A stretch of DNA of 64,000 nucleotides from Anthoceros angustus (GCA_010909165.1 VJWM01000019.1:620001-684000), one strand, 5' to 3'; positions 10,480 through 26,950 are shown, counted from the first letter of the stretch. The notes: generated by a model from the letters alone, not told the origin. Program-made: numbers and translations.

Positions 10480-11689
10480 TTTTGACTATCTACGGACATT
10501 ACATGAAATATTGGTCCTAGAAATCAAAAGATTTTCGAAAAACATAATAGGAAGTATTGATACTCAATAATGAAATAAACTCTCATGATTTAATCTTATT
10601 AATAATATTATTCTCATAATCACTTTAAATTTGAGAATGATTTTTAAAAAATAAAATGCGCAAATTCAGTTTATTTGGAAAAGAATAAATCAATTCAATT
10701 AGTGCTCCATCAAATGAATCGCTGATTATGGATAATAGTGTATTGTCGATAGCTTGAAATAGCTTTTAAAACTAAAAGTTTTCTTCAAATAATATTGCCT
10801 TTAAACCTAAAAGTTTTTTTAAAAAAAGTGATACAAAGTGTTTATCCTCAAAATAATAAGTGGATTTGAATCGTATTATATATGCATAAATGAGAGTGAT
10901 CCCAAAACTAATGGTATTAAAAAATGCATTTTACAAAACACAAAACGAAGCTTTGATCCTTAAAACAATAGGCGGGATTTAGTCTTAGTATATATGCACA
11001 AGTGAAAATGGTCATGATGTAACTACCCCACCAAATTCACTACAAAAACACAGATCCTCAAAACTACATATAATACAACAGCGAGTGTTCTTCCTCAAAA
11101 CTTTAAGTGATCATAAGTTTGGAGTCTTACTACATATGCACAAGTATTCATTCTCATAACATTAGGTGATCATGAGTTTGAGGTTTGAGTCTAATTACAT
11201 ACATATATACAAGTCTTCCTCCTCAAATTATTGGGTAATTATAAATTTAAGTCTGATTATATATGCACAAATAAAGAGGTTTTGGAAAGTTAAATTCAGT
11301 TTTAGTCCATTGATCATTTAGATTTGTATACCTATTCGTTTGTAGAAGCTATAATATATAAAAGAATCTAAAGACTGGTCTCAAGCTTTATAAGAATATA
11401 TTAAATTTAATAAAAACCTATTATTGACAGTAATCTCAGTTCCAGGTCTCTCTCTCTCTTTGAATCTCTCTCTAAATTGAGATCCTAATTTGATGTAAAA
11501 ATACTAAAACTTAGGAAACAAAATCAAACTAGGTACTAGTATCAGCCTGGTCCTTCTGAAGAAGAGCTTGCCGAGCCCTAGCTCTTTACATAAAGAAGAA
11601 TTCAGCAGGAGGGTAGAATGCAGCTGACACAAAGAGCAATATTTTTATTCTTGATCAACTCCCACGACTGGCAGAGGTAGTGGCACTGC

Positions 11690-12922
11690 AGCTGAAGTTG
11701 CACCACAGGAAATGTCAGCCCGGCAGCGCTGGCAGTTGGACTCCAGCTCTAGATCTGCAAGCAACGCAGGCAGCTGCGCTTTCACTAGTCTCGTATCTCT
11801 CAACGTTTTGGTCAAAACGTTCGCCTTTGTCCTGCTTTTCCCATGAGGTGTCCTGGATAGAGATGTGGTCCAGGCTGGTGTTGGTGGACAGGGATTGGCT
11901 CAGGTCTTCAAACATCTCGTCGTCCAGTCCATCCCAACCATCCAACACCAGCCTCTTGATGCAACAGTTGTGCCTCAACCCCTGGAACAACAATCCTTCC
12001 CTCCTTGTGGCTTTCCATCTGCATCAAGCCAGACATGCGTGTGGATCGATTAAATGCAGCAGCGTCACATGGACTGTCAGACTCACCGTGCGATTCCGAG
12101 GAAGAGGACACACAGTGGCTCTTGTCTAGGGAGTCAAGAGAGGTATCAACACGGCTGCCTATTCAGGATTCTTATCCCGGTCATACTCGATATCAGGCCT
12201 TGTGAGCGTGGTGCTGCGAGCCACAACAGGCAGCCATGTTGATTCCTCTCTTGACTGCCTTGATGATCCACATCCCGAACGGCCCCAAGGTCGCAGTGTA
12301 GGCGAGTGGGTGAGGATGCCGACTACGTGCTGCTCCACGGCAGTCCCTATCTTGCCGTTGCTGTCGGGAAACAAGAGCTGAGAGCCGAGCCCGTGTTGTT
12401 TCGTGGATATGACCTAGTCCTTCCACACTCAGTCCGAATCCCCGCATATCCAGCTCCTTCGAGCTGCGACTGCGTAGCAGCATGGCATCAGCGAGTGCAA
12501 TGTGCACGGTTCCGTCGTCCGCAATCCCTTGAACCAGTACAAGAACAGGCTTTCCAGAGCTGGATTGCACTTTTACCCCTTCAGCAGCGCCCTTGCCTCC
12601 ACGCCCCTTGAGGGTGCCGTCACCCTCTACAACGTACATCCCATACTCGCCCTCGGTATTCAGATCGATAGTCCTCAGGCTCTGGCAGTTGCCGATGGCG
12701 GTCATGATGCACAAGCGCAGCTCTCGCCTGGACTCGACCAGTGTGTCATTTCCCCCGTCCGTGAAGTAGGGTCCCCAGGAACCCTAAGGAGGAGTAAGAG
12801 CCTACAAGCTCGACGAGTGGGACTCTAGGCTATGGAGGAGGGAAACCAGCGCGGGAGGAAGAAGACGAGGCGGCTCCAAGGTACGCATCCATGGTACCCC
12901 AAGCTACATCCTCATCCGCCAT
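11690..12922 (-). pseudogene. Degenerate ribonuclease-inhibitor-like LRR gene (TORNADO1-like LRR region possible)
   Basis: LRR-like pieces in shifting frames: AIGNCQSLRTIDLN, ALLKG*KCNPALESLFLYWFKGL, SSKELDMRGFGLSVEGL, LFQGLRHNCCIKRLVLDGW and LSQSLSTNTSLDHISIQ; in-frame stops and frameshifts. Confidence 0.55.
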
Positions 12923-14123
12923 AGCCCAAACTTCAAAACGTCGTCCTAGCTTCTCCGCGGCTGCCAACAAGCCACCAGGCTTTCTACAGGCAAAGCGCAC
13001 CACAGCAGAACAGAACCCAAGGCGTGGCCCGTCTATGCTCCTCCTCATCCAGATCATGAATTCTGGCAAGTTGCAAGAAAACTCGTGCATCCCATTCCAC
13101 ACTGCTGGCCAACGCGGACAAGCATGCAGTGGAGCAACGTGGACACGCCAGCAAGGTGCATGTAGCTATTTATTACCAGTCTACAGTCCGACGAGGAAAC
13201 CCAGCACACAGCGTGTCCTGCCTCCCCTGACATGTCATGCACTCTGACGATGTATGCTACGAGTGCTGAATGGAGCCCAGCAGAGGGCAAGAAATCGACA
13301 TGGTTGGGTAGCCTGACCTTTCCATCTCCCAATTGCAAGAAAACAAAAGCTTTCCAGCCCTCTTTCCTGGTCCCAAGGCTTCCATGTTTAGCACATGCTT
13401 TGAGAGGAGGCACACAAATGTCACAAACGTTCTGTGATCCCCTGAAGTAACAGCCATCTTGTTGGATGGTTGCAGAAACATACAGGGCCTTTCACCCCGC
13501 AAGCATCACCTTCCACATCACCACGTTTCATCTGGCCGTGTTGTTGTGGTCCAGGCATCATCCAAGCTCACATCTTGCATAATCACCTCACATCCGAGTC
13601 CTGTCCTCCTCTGCTAGCACATGCTTTGAGGAGGCACACAAACGTGACACAGGCCTGGCAGAGTGATTCCCCCTCTTGCATACTTACATAGGCCGCAGAT
13701 CGTTCATGTTTCATGTATAAACTTAAAACTATGTTAAGTTTTCTGTTTGAAGTTCATAGTTTTAGTTTATAGCGCTCGTAAAGAACAACGTGTAGCAACA
13801 GCAGTGAGGTAGATAGATAGACTATCGTACATCCTAATTATACGTACATACCTAGTCGGGTGGTACGGAGCTTTTAGCAAGTGTGTTACGCTTCTTCTGG
13901 CTGTGTGAATGGCGCTAAGTGGCGTTGGCGTGGGAGGCTTTTGATGGGACACCAGAGTTTTGGAGGCTGGCTGGGAATGTAGTTTAGAGGACGATGATGT
14001 TGTGGGTATTGGGTTTAAGGAGGAGCGTGGAGCTCCAGGCAGACGCCCAAGGCAGGGCGCGAGGCTGACAGACAGGGGAAGGGGGGCCACTGCCGCAGCA
14101 GGTAGGTGCAGGGAAGTTGCGGG

Positions 14124-17100
14124 ATGGAATCCTCGCTGCTGGCCTCCCCAGCAGCTGTGGGCAGCAGGGGGGCTCCCTCCGCCTGCTGCTCCAGCAGTAG
14201 GGACGCCTTGTCGGGCTCGGGAGTCCGGTTGAAGGCCACCTCCAGCTCCTGCCACTCCGCCAAGCATTGGAGCGGCCACCACCGGGCCAGCCTGCACCGC
14301 GGGGTCACCGGAATTTGGGCTTCTCGGCAGGAGGCCTGTTGGGCCGCTTGGATCTGCCCCTGCCTCTGGGCGATGCCGATGACGCCGACTGGCGGGACAG
14401 GGAATTCAGGCTGCAGCCGGCCGCCTCGGACGCGCCCCGGAGGCGGGAGTCCCGGCCCAGGAAGGCCCAGCGGGCGGCGGCCTCGGTCTCGTCCGAGAGC
14501 TCTGGTGTAAGGACCGGCACGGAGGGGGAGAATTTGTCCCTCCCGTTGAATGCGGACTTGGCGACCATCGCTGTCGGCGGGGGAGCATTGCTGGTGGCTG
14601 TGGTCGGTAAGTGCGGATGTGGGTTGCGTTCGGAAGGATTGCTGGGTGCGGGAGGTGAAAGTGGGTGACGGATTGCCTGTTCCGCAGTGGCGGTTAAGCT
14701 GGCGGGGAAATTGAAGGCGCTCATTCCCATGATGAAGATTTCTGGGTCCGAGATACCCGGCGCCGAGAAGAAATTTTCGTGGGAGTCCATGTCCCGGCTG
14801 AACGAGTTTGCTAAGGAATTGCGGACGTTTCGGGTTGTGGACATGACAGGTGAGCGCTGACCGGTGGCGTGTGCTGGACAGGGTCTGCCCAAGACTCTTG
14901 CTTCTAGGGTTGTGGTTGGGTAGCTCAATTTACTCACCGAGCTGGGCTATGAATGCAGGACGGAAGTTTGGTGACGAGGGGTTTATCTTTGTGGCAGAAA
15001 GTTTGGCTTTTAACGAGGTGGGTTGTTGCTGCCAAGGTCTTGGACGGTCTGTTGTTCACATTTTGATTATTCATGTGCGTCCTATGAAGTGTGATGGCCC
15101 CGTTGTGTCAGACTGTGGAGTCAATCGACTTCTCGGCTAACAACATCACGGCATTGGGGATAAAAGCTCTTTCACAAGTGCTGCCTACCAACAGTTTTCT
15201 GAAGACGTTGAATTTATCAGGGAACAACATTGGTGATGAAGGAGCAAAGGTGTGGTCCGTTTGTCAGACTACCCTCTGTTTTCTGGTTAATCTGATGGCT
15301 TTTGACGATGAGATAAGGTGGGGTTGGGGAGAGGGGGTACACCAGGCTGACCTGAGTCTTGTGCTGGCATAGGAACTCGCAGTTGTTCTGGAGAAAAATT
15401 TTGGTATTGAGAAGTTGATTCTGAACAGCATTAATGTGGGTGATGAGGTAAGCTGATGTCCCTTTATGGATGCTCATGTTTCAGTTGCACATGTCTCGTG
15501 TGTTTCGGTGGAGTCCATTAGTTCGTCTGCTCACTTATTTGGTGCAGGGAGCTAGAGCAATTGCAGAGATGCTCAAGAAGAATAAGAAAATCTCGCATTT
15601 AGAGCTGAACAACAACATCATTGACTACTCTGTAAGAATGCACAACCTTGAAACAGCCCCTCTTTTGGCTCTGCTTGGTGCAGTTGAGGTGAAGTCATCT
15701 CTAGTGTTGTTCTGACATGTTTTATGGCTTTCTTTGCAGGGATTTGCTGCTCTGGCTGAAGCCCTCCAATCTACAACAACACTGAAAATTATACATTTGA
15801 AGTAAGCATCTGCATCAGTGGCTGTGTCTTGGAAGGGTGTCACATTCCATACGTGAAAATCATTTTGCTTGTCGCAGGGGAAACTATGCAGGTCCGCTGG
15901 GTGCTTCTGCATTTGCCAAAGGGTTGGAGGTCAATAAGTCCCTTTATGTGAGCTCACACTTTGACTCCTGGAGGAACTAGGTTATGCAACTTTCTTGTCT
16001 CCTCCAAATTTTGTCCCCTTTTGAAGTAACTAGGAAGCATGACTGCAGGAGCTTCACATCCATGGCAATGATATTGGAAATGAAGGTGCCAGGACTCTAA
16101 TGCAGGGCCTGATGTCTCACAAAGGTCAGACATGTTCCTGTCTCGGACTTGCTGCCTTTCCTCAACGGGCTATTTGCACTATATCAATCTGTTCAATTGA
16201 TGACTTAAATGTCGGGTCTCCTTCAGGCAAGCTGTTGTCTTTGGACATTGGAAACAACAGCATTGGAGGAAAGGGAGCTTTCCACTTGGCTGAGTATATC
16301 AAAAAGACAAAAAGCTTGCAGTGGTTGAATGCGTACATGAACGACATGGGAGATGAGGTTTGTAAAGCAGCCGATGATTTATGTCCACTATCTCTTTCCA
16401 CCAATGAGAGGAAGTCTGAATGTCCATTTCTTAAAAGGGTTTCTAGGTTTCGGTTTCTCATGGGTCTGTATTGTGCTCTTTCAGGGGGCTGAGAGGATTG
16501 CAGAGGCTTTGAAGCGGAACAAGAGTGTTAATTCTATTGATCTGGTAAGATTCAAACCTATTCGCGACCGTATGGCAAACCATGCCTCTCTTAAAAAGTC
16601 TGACAGCCAAATGCTGCTCATGTTGTAGGGAGGAAATAATATTACCGCATTGGGTACTGGGCACATTGCCAGTGCATTGAAGGAAAACTCCACAATAACA
16701 AGTGTAAGATTTCTCATCGGTTCCACAATTCGTGCTGGTGTTGTCCGGGTGTGGATCTGTGACTACATCGGATGCCATGAACTGCAGTTGGACTTCAGTT
16801 ACAACCCTATTGGACCGGATGGTGCCAAGGTGCTGTCCGACGTCCTGAAATTCCACGGGAAGATTGAGATCCTGAAGCTCGGCTGGTGTCAGGTGTGTGC
16901 ATCTGGTCTCTGATGGGCTGTTTAATCCTCTCTGCTTGTATGCGGCTTTTCCACATGCCCTTCCTGATATGTTGCTTGTGTTAGATCGGAGTGAAGGGAA
17001 CGGAGTACTTTTGCGACGCTTTGCAATTCAATTCCACAATTGCAACTTTGGATCTTCGGGCTAATGGGTTGGGTGACGATGTGAGTCTTGCCTCAACATT

Positions 17101-17646
17101 AGCCTCTTACTCCATCTCGTGTTCCCATCACACACGAGGGTTGGCACAGCGGCCGCAAGGAAGTGACTCCTTGATGTCCAATGGTTGGTGCAGGGTGCAG
17201 CTGCTTTTGCCCGGAGCCTGAGAGTCGTGAACGAAACCCTCACCTCCATCGATCTGGGGTTCAACGAAATCAGAGTGAGTGGGCCTTTTGTCCAATTTTA
17301 AAATGTTCTGGGACCCATTGTCGAAAAGCTCGTCCTCAGAGCTCTCAACCACTCCATTCCTATGCATTCAGGATAAGGGAGCGTTTGCCCTCGCCCAAGC
17401 TTTGAAAGCGAACGGAGAGGCAGCCGTCACCACCTTGAACCTCACAAGCAATTTCTTCACCAAGTACGGCAAAGTAAGTGAAGTCCTACACATGTCCGGC
17501 TGTCCCCTCGTCCTTCAAGCTGCAGCCGTTAAACAACCCAGAACCTCATGTGAGCTCGTGCTGGTTGTTGTCAGGTGGCCCTAACAGAAGCCAAGGACCT
17601 AGTCAGCGAAATGAACGACGGCAAGGAGGTGAACATATACTTCTGA
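14124..17646 (+). CDS. EMB2004: Plastid RNI-like leucine-rich-repeat protein (Arabidopsis At1g10510/EMB2004 family), many exons; 5' structure uncertain
   Basis: SRLNEFAKELRTFRVVDMT|GRKFGDEGFIFVAESLAFNE, LKTLNLSGNNIGDEGAK, LSLDIGNNSIGGKGAFHLAEYIKKTKSLQWLNAYMNDMGDE and VNETLTSIDLGFNEIR; ends KEVNIYF*. Confidence 0.88.
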
Positions 17647-19642
17647 ATGGCAGGGCCAGCTGACGAAACCACCTTGAGGGGAGAGCAACCAGATCTGCTG
17701 TACATTACCGGAAGTCAGTCTTGAGGAGAAGGTGGTCAGTTTTGCCGTAGATAGCAGCAAGCTCTGGGAATCGTGATCTTACCCATCACATCAGACACTA
17801 GTTCATAGCCCGCTAGGCTGTATCACCCTGGCTTAGGTCTTACCAAGGGGAGCATTCATCTCCGGAAAGCCAGAGCTTGCTACCATATATCATAGCCATC
17901 GGTAAAATGAGCAACAGCTACAGGCTTCCAAATCATGGCGCACATCACCCTGTCCCTGCTTGTACATTCCGGATCCGTGCTTGCTGAGGATCACGACAGA
18001 AGTGTTGGTAGACACGGACAAGGCCCCGAGACGCCCGTGCAGGTTGTCATCCCTCGGAGTACTGGTTACACACATGATTGCCAGTCTCGCTCATTCCGGC
18101 GCTGGGATGAATTGACGAGCCGGGAGCCAGCGTCGTGGCAGATACTGTTTGGCTCAACTAACACCAGCACAACGCCAGCGCTCCCTAGTGGCCTCCGCCA
18201 TGCCCGTCCTCGGCGCTAAACCAGGAATGAACTCACACAAATAATCGTACCAAATCAAACACATAATAATAGTAATGCCCATCAACAGGAGGCAAGAGAC
18301 GAATCAGACGATGCAGCTCCATCGCTAGCTGTCGGTGGCGGATGTGTGTTGCACACAACAGAACAGAACAGAACAGAACAGATGTAGTCTAATGGGGGAT
18401 GTAATATTTTGTGGGTTGTTCTCCTCCTTCCAAGATAACGCAACGTCGGCGTTGGACAGCAAACCCAAAAAACGTGTTTGTCGACAAAAGAAAACCTGCT
18501 CTGCCTCCGTTAGCTTGGCAGACAAGAAGTCGCTTCCCGACGTGGCAAGACTTGCAAGGAAGACTGGCAGCCGATTGACGGGAAAAAAAAATCCTTGTGC
18601 AGGCCGAACAGAGAGAAAATGAAGGCCTACTGTTGGCCGCGCAGGAAGAGGAACGTCTTTCTAAAAGAGGGATACAGGTTGGACAGGGGAAACGGAGCGA
18701 AAAAGGGCGGAAACTGAGAGAAACGAGCAGGTCCCGCCTGCGTGCCTGCCCAGTGCCCAGCCTGGGCTGCAGGCAGGCTGCTGCTGTGCTGGGCGTGCAC
18801 GCGTCTCCGTTAGTTCGTCCGTCGTTCCTCGAACGAGCTACGCCAGCCAAGGAACGAACGCGCGCCTTCTCTTCTCTTCGCTTCGCTTTGCTTTGCTCTG
18901 CTTAGCGTTGCTTAGCATCTACTCCACATTCACCGCCCGCGCCGTCCCGGCTTTGCACGCCTGCCTTCCCATTTCCCTCGCCGCCGTCGTGTTACCGCCC
19001 CTTCTCCCACTGCTGTGCGCTGTACCCGGTCCAGCCGTGTGAAACCACCGACTTCCGCTGTCGCGGAAGCAGGCCCGGCGGGGGAGCGTACGGGGAGGAA
19101 GCTGGACGACGAAGAAGAAGGGAGCTGCTGTTGCGTCGCCCACAAGCATTTGGTGGGTTGGGGCCAGTTCGCGCGTTCGTGACTCGGTTCCCCAGCTTTC
19201 GGTGTTGGGTATATATGTGGCTTGTGTGGAAGGACTTGGGTGCTGGCAAAGGCATGAATTCTGAGCTCGGGCTGCTACGCGGGAGCTGAGGCGGGAGGCT
19301 GGAGTTGGGTAGCTGATCCGGTGCTGGCATTGAGCTGGGAGCTTGGTGGGTTATTCCCGTGGTGGGCTGGTTCCGGAGAGGCCTGGCAGGTGTGGGGAAG
19401 CGGCATTTCGGAGCGCCCTAGATTGGTTGTGGGATTGGATGTGGGGGGGATTCGGCTGGGACACAGATCCGCCAGGAAGCCGACTCCAATTTCGCAGCGC
19501 CGGTCCGGGTGATCTGGGAGGCGTTTGGGATTGAGGGGTAGATTTTGGAATCGGAGTGGATGGTAGTGGAGGGGTGGCAGCGCATGTGTGAAGGTTGTGA
19601 AAGGAGTTTGGGAAGTTGTGGAGTCAGACGTGAGGGGAAAGC

Positions 19643-22422
<2,780 letters not shown>

Positions 22423-24672
22423 GACCACAGTTATGACAGTATGTGTATGCAACAGAGCTCCAAGAGTGGTTGCGGGAAAAGAGACTTCAGAACAAGACGG
22501 GAGACCAGCCTAAGGGCAATGGTGGTTGCACGAAGGAGAGCACAGAACAGGACCGGCTGGCAGCTTAAGCAATTCGGAGTGGTGGATGGCTACGAACTCC
22601 TTATCCTTGTGTAAACTATGAGACCTGGGACAGAGTCTAGTGTGATGCTCAGATGTCACCAGGACTTTGGCCTTGATTAAGGGATGCGAGGAATTCAATT
22701 TCACTCTCTGCTCTACCAAATAGAAGCAGTTGCCGTGAAGCACCTGGAAGAATGCCAGCAGGTGACAAGCGCAGGGATTTGAATCCACATCAGGTGTTGC
22801 TGCCATGCTATTTTGCAACTCCGTGGTTCACTCTCCTCCTCGGCAGTCCAAGTATGTCGATGTATACTGAGTTTGAATCTAAATGGCCTAGTGTGAAATG
22901 GCCAACCATTGGAAGGTCAAGAAATGGCTCCCTGCCGTCGAATGCGCTGGAACACACTAGTTGCAGTGCCCATGACAAGTGAGGCGATTTGATACAGAAG
23001 TGTTGGCTTGTCGACGGTTCACAACTGACTCAAGTATTGCCAAGCAGCAGGCAAGCTAGTTTTAGTGTCTTTCCGGGATGTTCTCACGTTTGAAGAGTTG
23101 TTGCTGGTGCGGACAGGCTGTCTTAGAATACCAGATCTGATTTTGGCAGTATGTAGTGGCTGTTTTTCGAAGATGAAATGTATAATCTGGATTGCATCTA
23201 TGTACTCGGTATACAATGTTGAACCAGGTTGTCAGTACAACAAGAAACGCCATTGTCTGCTAATCTACTCATCGTCTACAATCGGCTGCGACCAGTTGAA
23301 GTTTTCTATGTTGGACCAGCAGCTGCCATTCGGGTTGAGCCTTGAATGGGGATGGAACAAGGGGATTAGACCTAGGATGGAGATTGAGCCCTTGTTCGAT
23401 GGCCACTTTGACTTATGACGTCAATATCTTTCACCATGTTGTTCCCCTGCTGTGAAAAAGCAATTTCTCCCCAATCAGATAGGCCTCCATGAATCACCTG
23501 GTGGTCGAGCAAATCGTCCGCTAGGCTTGGGCTGGTTCCTCGGGACGAGGCCTTCCCATCGATACCTGACGGCCATTAAGGCTGAGGGTACGGCCTACGT
23601 CATCACGGGGGACAACGTCACCCGTCACGGGGTTGTGGCCACTTGGCACGCCATTGCCGTATGTACGTCCACGAAGAAATTCATTTTACCAAGTATGGTT
23701 GATCCAGTGAAAAGGATGGTTTTAATAGATTAAAAGGATTGGATAATGCGATACATATATGGTTTTTTAATTTTGAGCCAAACGCGTGGCGACAGGTCAG
23801 TGAGTCGGTGCATGGCCTTGTCCTCCTCTGATGCGCTGGGTGAAGTATATAATATGGCCTTGCCCTTATCTGGTGATATAGAATGCTCTGAGTGATGTGT
23901 TCCTGCACGGGATGAGTTGTGTGATGAATGAGCTACCCTCGGGGCTGTTGTGGTGAGGTGGGGTTGGATTGATTACTTCAAGGCCGATCAGGAATCGGCT
24001 TTGCAGCCCCTCGAAGTTGTGTGGACTGAGCGCATCGTGAACGGGTGGGGTTACCAGCAGAGGCTCTGATGCTGAGGCGTCGTAGGTGAGTCAGGGTCCG
24101 CAAGCGACCTGAGACTGGTGCGCACGGCGCGGTGGCGGACTCCTGGTTCACCTACGCCGCGTCTGCGTCAAATCATGTGCGCAACAGTCTGTATGCCAGG
24201 CTCGAGAATTCCCCCTGAAGATGTTGTCTACAGCGCACGCAAGCGCTTCATCGTGAGCTGGAAGAATGACGTGGAGGTCTCGTGGAAGGTGTGCTACCAT
24301 GTCCGCTCTCATTTCGGTATCTGCAACTTGTGGCGATTTGGTAGGGCCTGGCAGTGCTGTCTTCTTCGTAAACTGAAACGACTGGTCTTAGGTCTTGCAT
24401 GTCTTTAATTGCCGATGCTTTAAATGGTCTTCAAGGCGAGTCTACTTGGTATTGCCTCGGCCACAGTGACTGCTCCGGTTTCCTCACAAGACAGATGCCT
24501 GTTTCAGAGAAGCAGAAAGGCGTCTGTGACCTCTCTCTGATATGGTCAGAGTCAAGGAAGTGCAGCGAACTTGTGCAGTTTTGTGCTGTGGTGAGATGAG
24601 GCTCTCTGCGGGGGCGAATTCCCCGAGCTCCACTCCCGTGTCCTCTCGAAGGAGGAGCATGTAACTCTCATA

Positions 24673-25753
24673 CTATCTTATCCCATGAGGTTTCTTACTT
24701 GTGTTCCAGGTGACTTGTTGTGTGAAATGTTGGTGAAGCAGAAGTATATCTGAGAACACAAGTATAGAAAAACTTGTCAGAGCCCTATCAACTTCTTTGA
24801 TGCAGAGCAGGCCGCAGACTCTCCAGGCCGCAAACTTTTGTCGCTGCAAACTTTCCAAGCAGCAAGCTATGCAAACCACAAACTTAGAAAGCTCAACTTG
24901 GGGACAAGTGATGCATAATCCTAGCTGCAGATGAACATGTGAGGATGTGGTTAGATTGGTTTTCGAAAGCCGATATCGCTCAACGTGCTTTGTCCACAGC
25001 TTGAAACGACGTTGGAAACAGTGATGAGGCCAGTACTGCATTGGAGGGTTACCACGTCTTGCATGTGTTGTGATACTACCACCTGTGCGGTCACTGGTGC
25101 TGGAACATGAAGTCAAGTGGGGTCGCAGCTTGCAAGCCACCAGTAGGGAAAGCACTTTTCCAACGTCCTGAGAAAGGTGAACGTGGTGAACGGTGAAGGA
25201 GATTTCCCTCTCACCCATGTCTTCCCGGCAGACTTGCGGGATGGTAGGACGATGGGATGGCACAAGCAACCTGGGACGGTAGTATGCGCTTCTAGCCCTC
25301 GAGATTTGCCATCTCCAGGGTCGTTCCCGCAGACATGAAATCCTAAAATGAGGGGCCTCCATAGCTTACATACAACGCACCGGAAACCGGAAGCAGCGGT
25401 TGGCACGGGTGTTTCGGGACGCGTGCCGCCATGGCCGTTGTCCGCAGAGCTCTCTCATCCATATTTGGCAGAGCTCGCTTGCTGGTCCTTGAACGTGCCT
25501 AGCTCTCTCTACTGACAACCGTCAAGAACTACAAAATGTCTCTGCTTTTGCGCAAGAAAGGAGTCACCTGCACACTTTGCAAAGACAGTTGACGAGATCC
25601 GTCCCTCCAGGCGAGGATCAGATCCGTCCACCTCATATTCAAACTTCCATTTGCGGGGACTAGCCCCCTTTGAGGGCCTTTTAGTGGGTCCTTCCCCACT
25701 CCCTCGGTGCAGATGGGACTTCCCATCTCAGCACATCTGTAACGTCTCCGCAT
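24673..25753 (-). pseudogene. Possible degenerate F-box/LRR-like remnant (second copy about 30892-31945)
   Basis: F-box-like FRCVVCKLWRPLI near 25345-25388; LRR-like CGLHSLLLGKFAATKVCGLESL. Paralogous peptides WTDLILAWRDGSRQL and WMNLVLPWRKGTSQM occur in the two copies; many stops. Confidence 0.3.
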
Positions 25754-25933
25754 TCCCTTCCATCCAAGTCGTGTTCATTCGCTCCTCAACCCTGCGTGTT
25801 CTCACCGTAACCAGCTCCCACGTCGTGGTATTTGGAAGCAGTTAGTCGGACGAGAAGGACAGTCGTTGGTGAGCACAAGGTTGGTCCTTGGCCAGCCGAC
25901 ATGGCAGCGACACCGGTGCATCAAAAGAGCTCT

Positions 25934-26536
25934 ATGGCCAGAACGGCGGTATCGATCCGCATGCACCCGCTACTAACTGTGACGTCCTTGCTTGTGGCAC
26001 TGACAATCGCAGAGGCGGGCAAGCTTAAGGGACAGACTCTCACCATCGGAGTGTACACGCATCTGATCACGAGCAGTCCCAATCGGACGGAGCCGCTGGT
26101 AGTGGCGGGTGTGAACGGCGTGCTGGGCACACAGTCCTTCGGCGCCGTCAACCCGGTAGACGATGCCTTGAGGGTCGGCTTCTCCGAGAGCTCCGTACTG
26201 CTGGGGCAAGTCAGGGGCTTGGGTGTCAATTCCCATGCCTTCTCCGGCTTTCTCACCTTCTCCATCACCTACCGCAATGTGACGGGCCAAATCCAGGTGC
26301 ATGGCACCGATTTCGCTCCTGCCCCGACGCCGTTCCAGTTTTCCGTGGTGGGCGGCACCGGCGATTTTGCGCTGGCCAGGGGCCTGGCCTACTTTCGGCT
26401 TGGTCCCAGCTTCACGGACGCCGCGGGCGTGGATCGGCGCGTGAACCAGTGGAACATCACGCTTTACCAGGACTCGATCGGGCCCAAGCTGAAGTATCTG
26501 CACTCGCAGCTGTCGCCCGACCTAGCTTGGTGGTAA
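25934..26536 (+). CDS. Dirigent-like protein, secreted, intronless (alternative starts 25901 and 25961)
   Basis: Signal peptide LLTVTSLLVALTIAEA; dirigent motifs FGAVNPVDDALRVG, GQVRGL and FSVVGGTGDFALARG; N-glycosylation sequons NRT, NVT and NIT. Confidence 0.88.
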   Translation: MARTAVSIRMHPLLTVTSLLVALTIAEAGKLKGQTLTIGVYTHLITSSPNRTEPLVVAGVNGVLGTQSFGAVNPVDDALRVGFSESSVLLGQVRGLGVNSHAFSGFLTFSITYRNVTGQIQVHGTDFAPAPTPFQFSVVGGTGDFALARGLAYFRLGPSFTDAAGVDRRVNQWNITLYQDSIGPKLKYLHSQLSPDLAWW

Positions 26537-26870
26537 CGTAGCTATCTGTAGGCCCGCGGAGGTTTTGGAACCGGGGATGTAGTTCATCGGATGGTTGCAT
26601 TGCATTCCCGATTCTCGTGAGGAATTGGATGCACTGCAACCAATCCTTACGAGAAGAGCATTACGTAAGTAGAGTGCCAGACCATTGTGGGCCAATCTTG
26701 GCAGGTATGCTGCAGCATTTGTTGTCAAGCTTCACTGCCTCCGATGGGAAGCACATGTAAATTTTGCGTCCCACGTTGCTCAACTTTCCATCAGCATCCA
26801 ACAGTTGAACAGGGTGCGCAAATCTGCAACGGTAGGCAATGCGGGCTGTTGTCTGCGCGAACCAGGAGAT

Positions 26871-26950
26871 CCGCCAGGCATCTCTAGTGGTAATGCCGGT
26901 AAGTGTCTTGCCGCCAGGCATCTCTAGTGGTAATGCCGGTAAGTGTCTTG
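26871..26950. repeat. 40-bp perfect direct repeat x2
   Basis: CCGCCAGGCATCTCTAGTGGTAATGCCGGTAAGTGTCTTG at 26871 and 26911. Confidence 0.9.

Larger units (their letters stand above)
23777..26545. repeat. Segmental duplication, copy A (paralogous to about 30081-32555), containing a dirigent-like gene and its upstream region
   Basis: Collinear blocks in both copies: GCCAAACGCGTGGC...GTGCATGGCCTTGTCCTCC, GGCTCTGATGCTGAGGCGTCGTAGGTGAGTCAGGGTCCGCAAGC and CTGGTTCACCTACGCCGC, running through the DIR coding sequence. Confidence 0.9.

Noticed and set aside
11038-11048. CACTACAAAAA as a CACTA terminus
   Set aside because: No matching inverted end or subterminal repeats were found nearby.
14305-14937. 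210-aa minus-strand ORF
   Set aside because: It is antisense to the GC-rich 5' exons of the EMB2004-like gene and has no recognisable motif.
23690-23740. Resemblance to the 18S rRNA 5' end (TGGTTGATCC)
   Set aside because: Only a 10-nt match; the flanks do not follow 18S.
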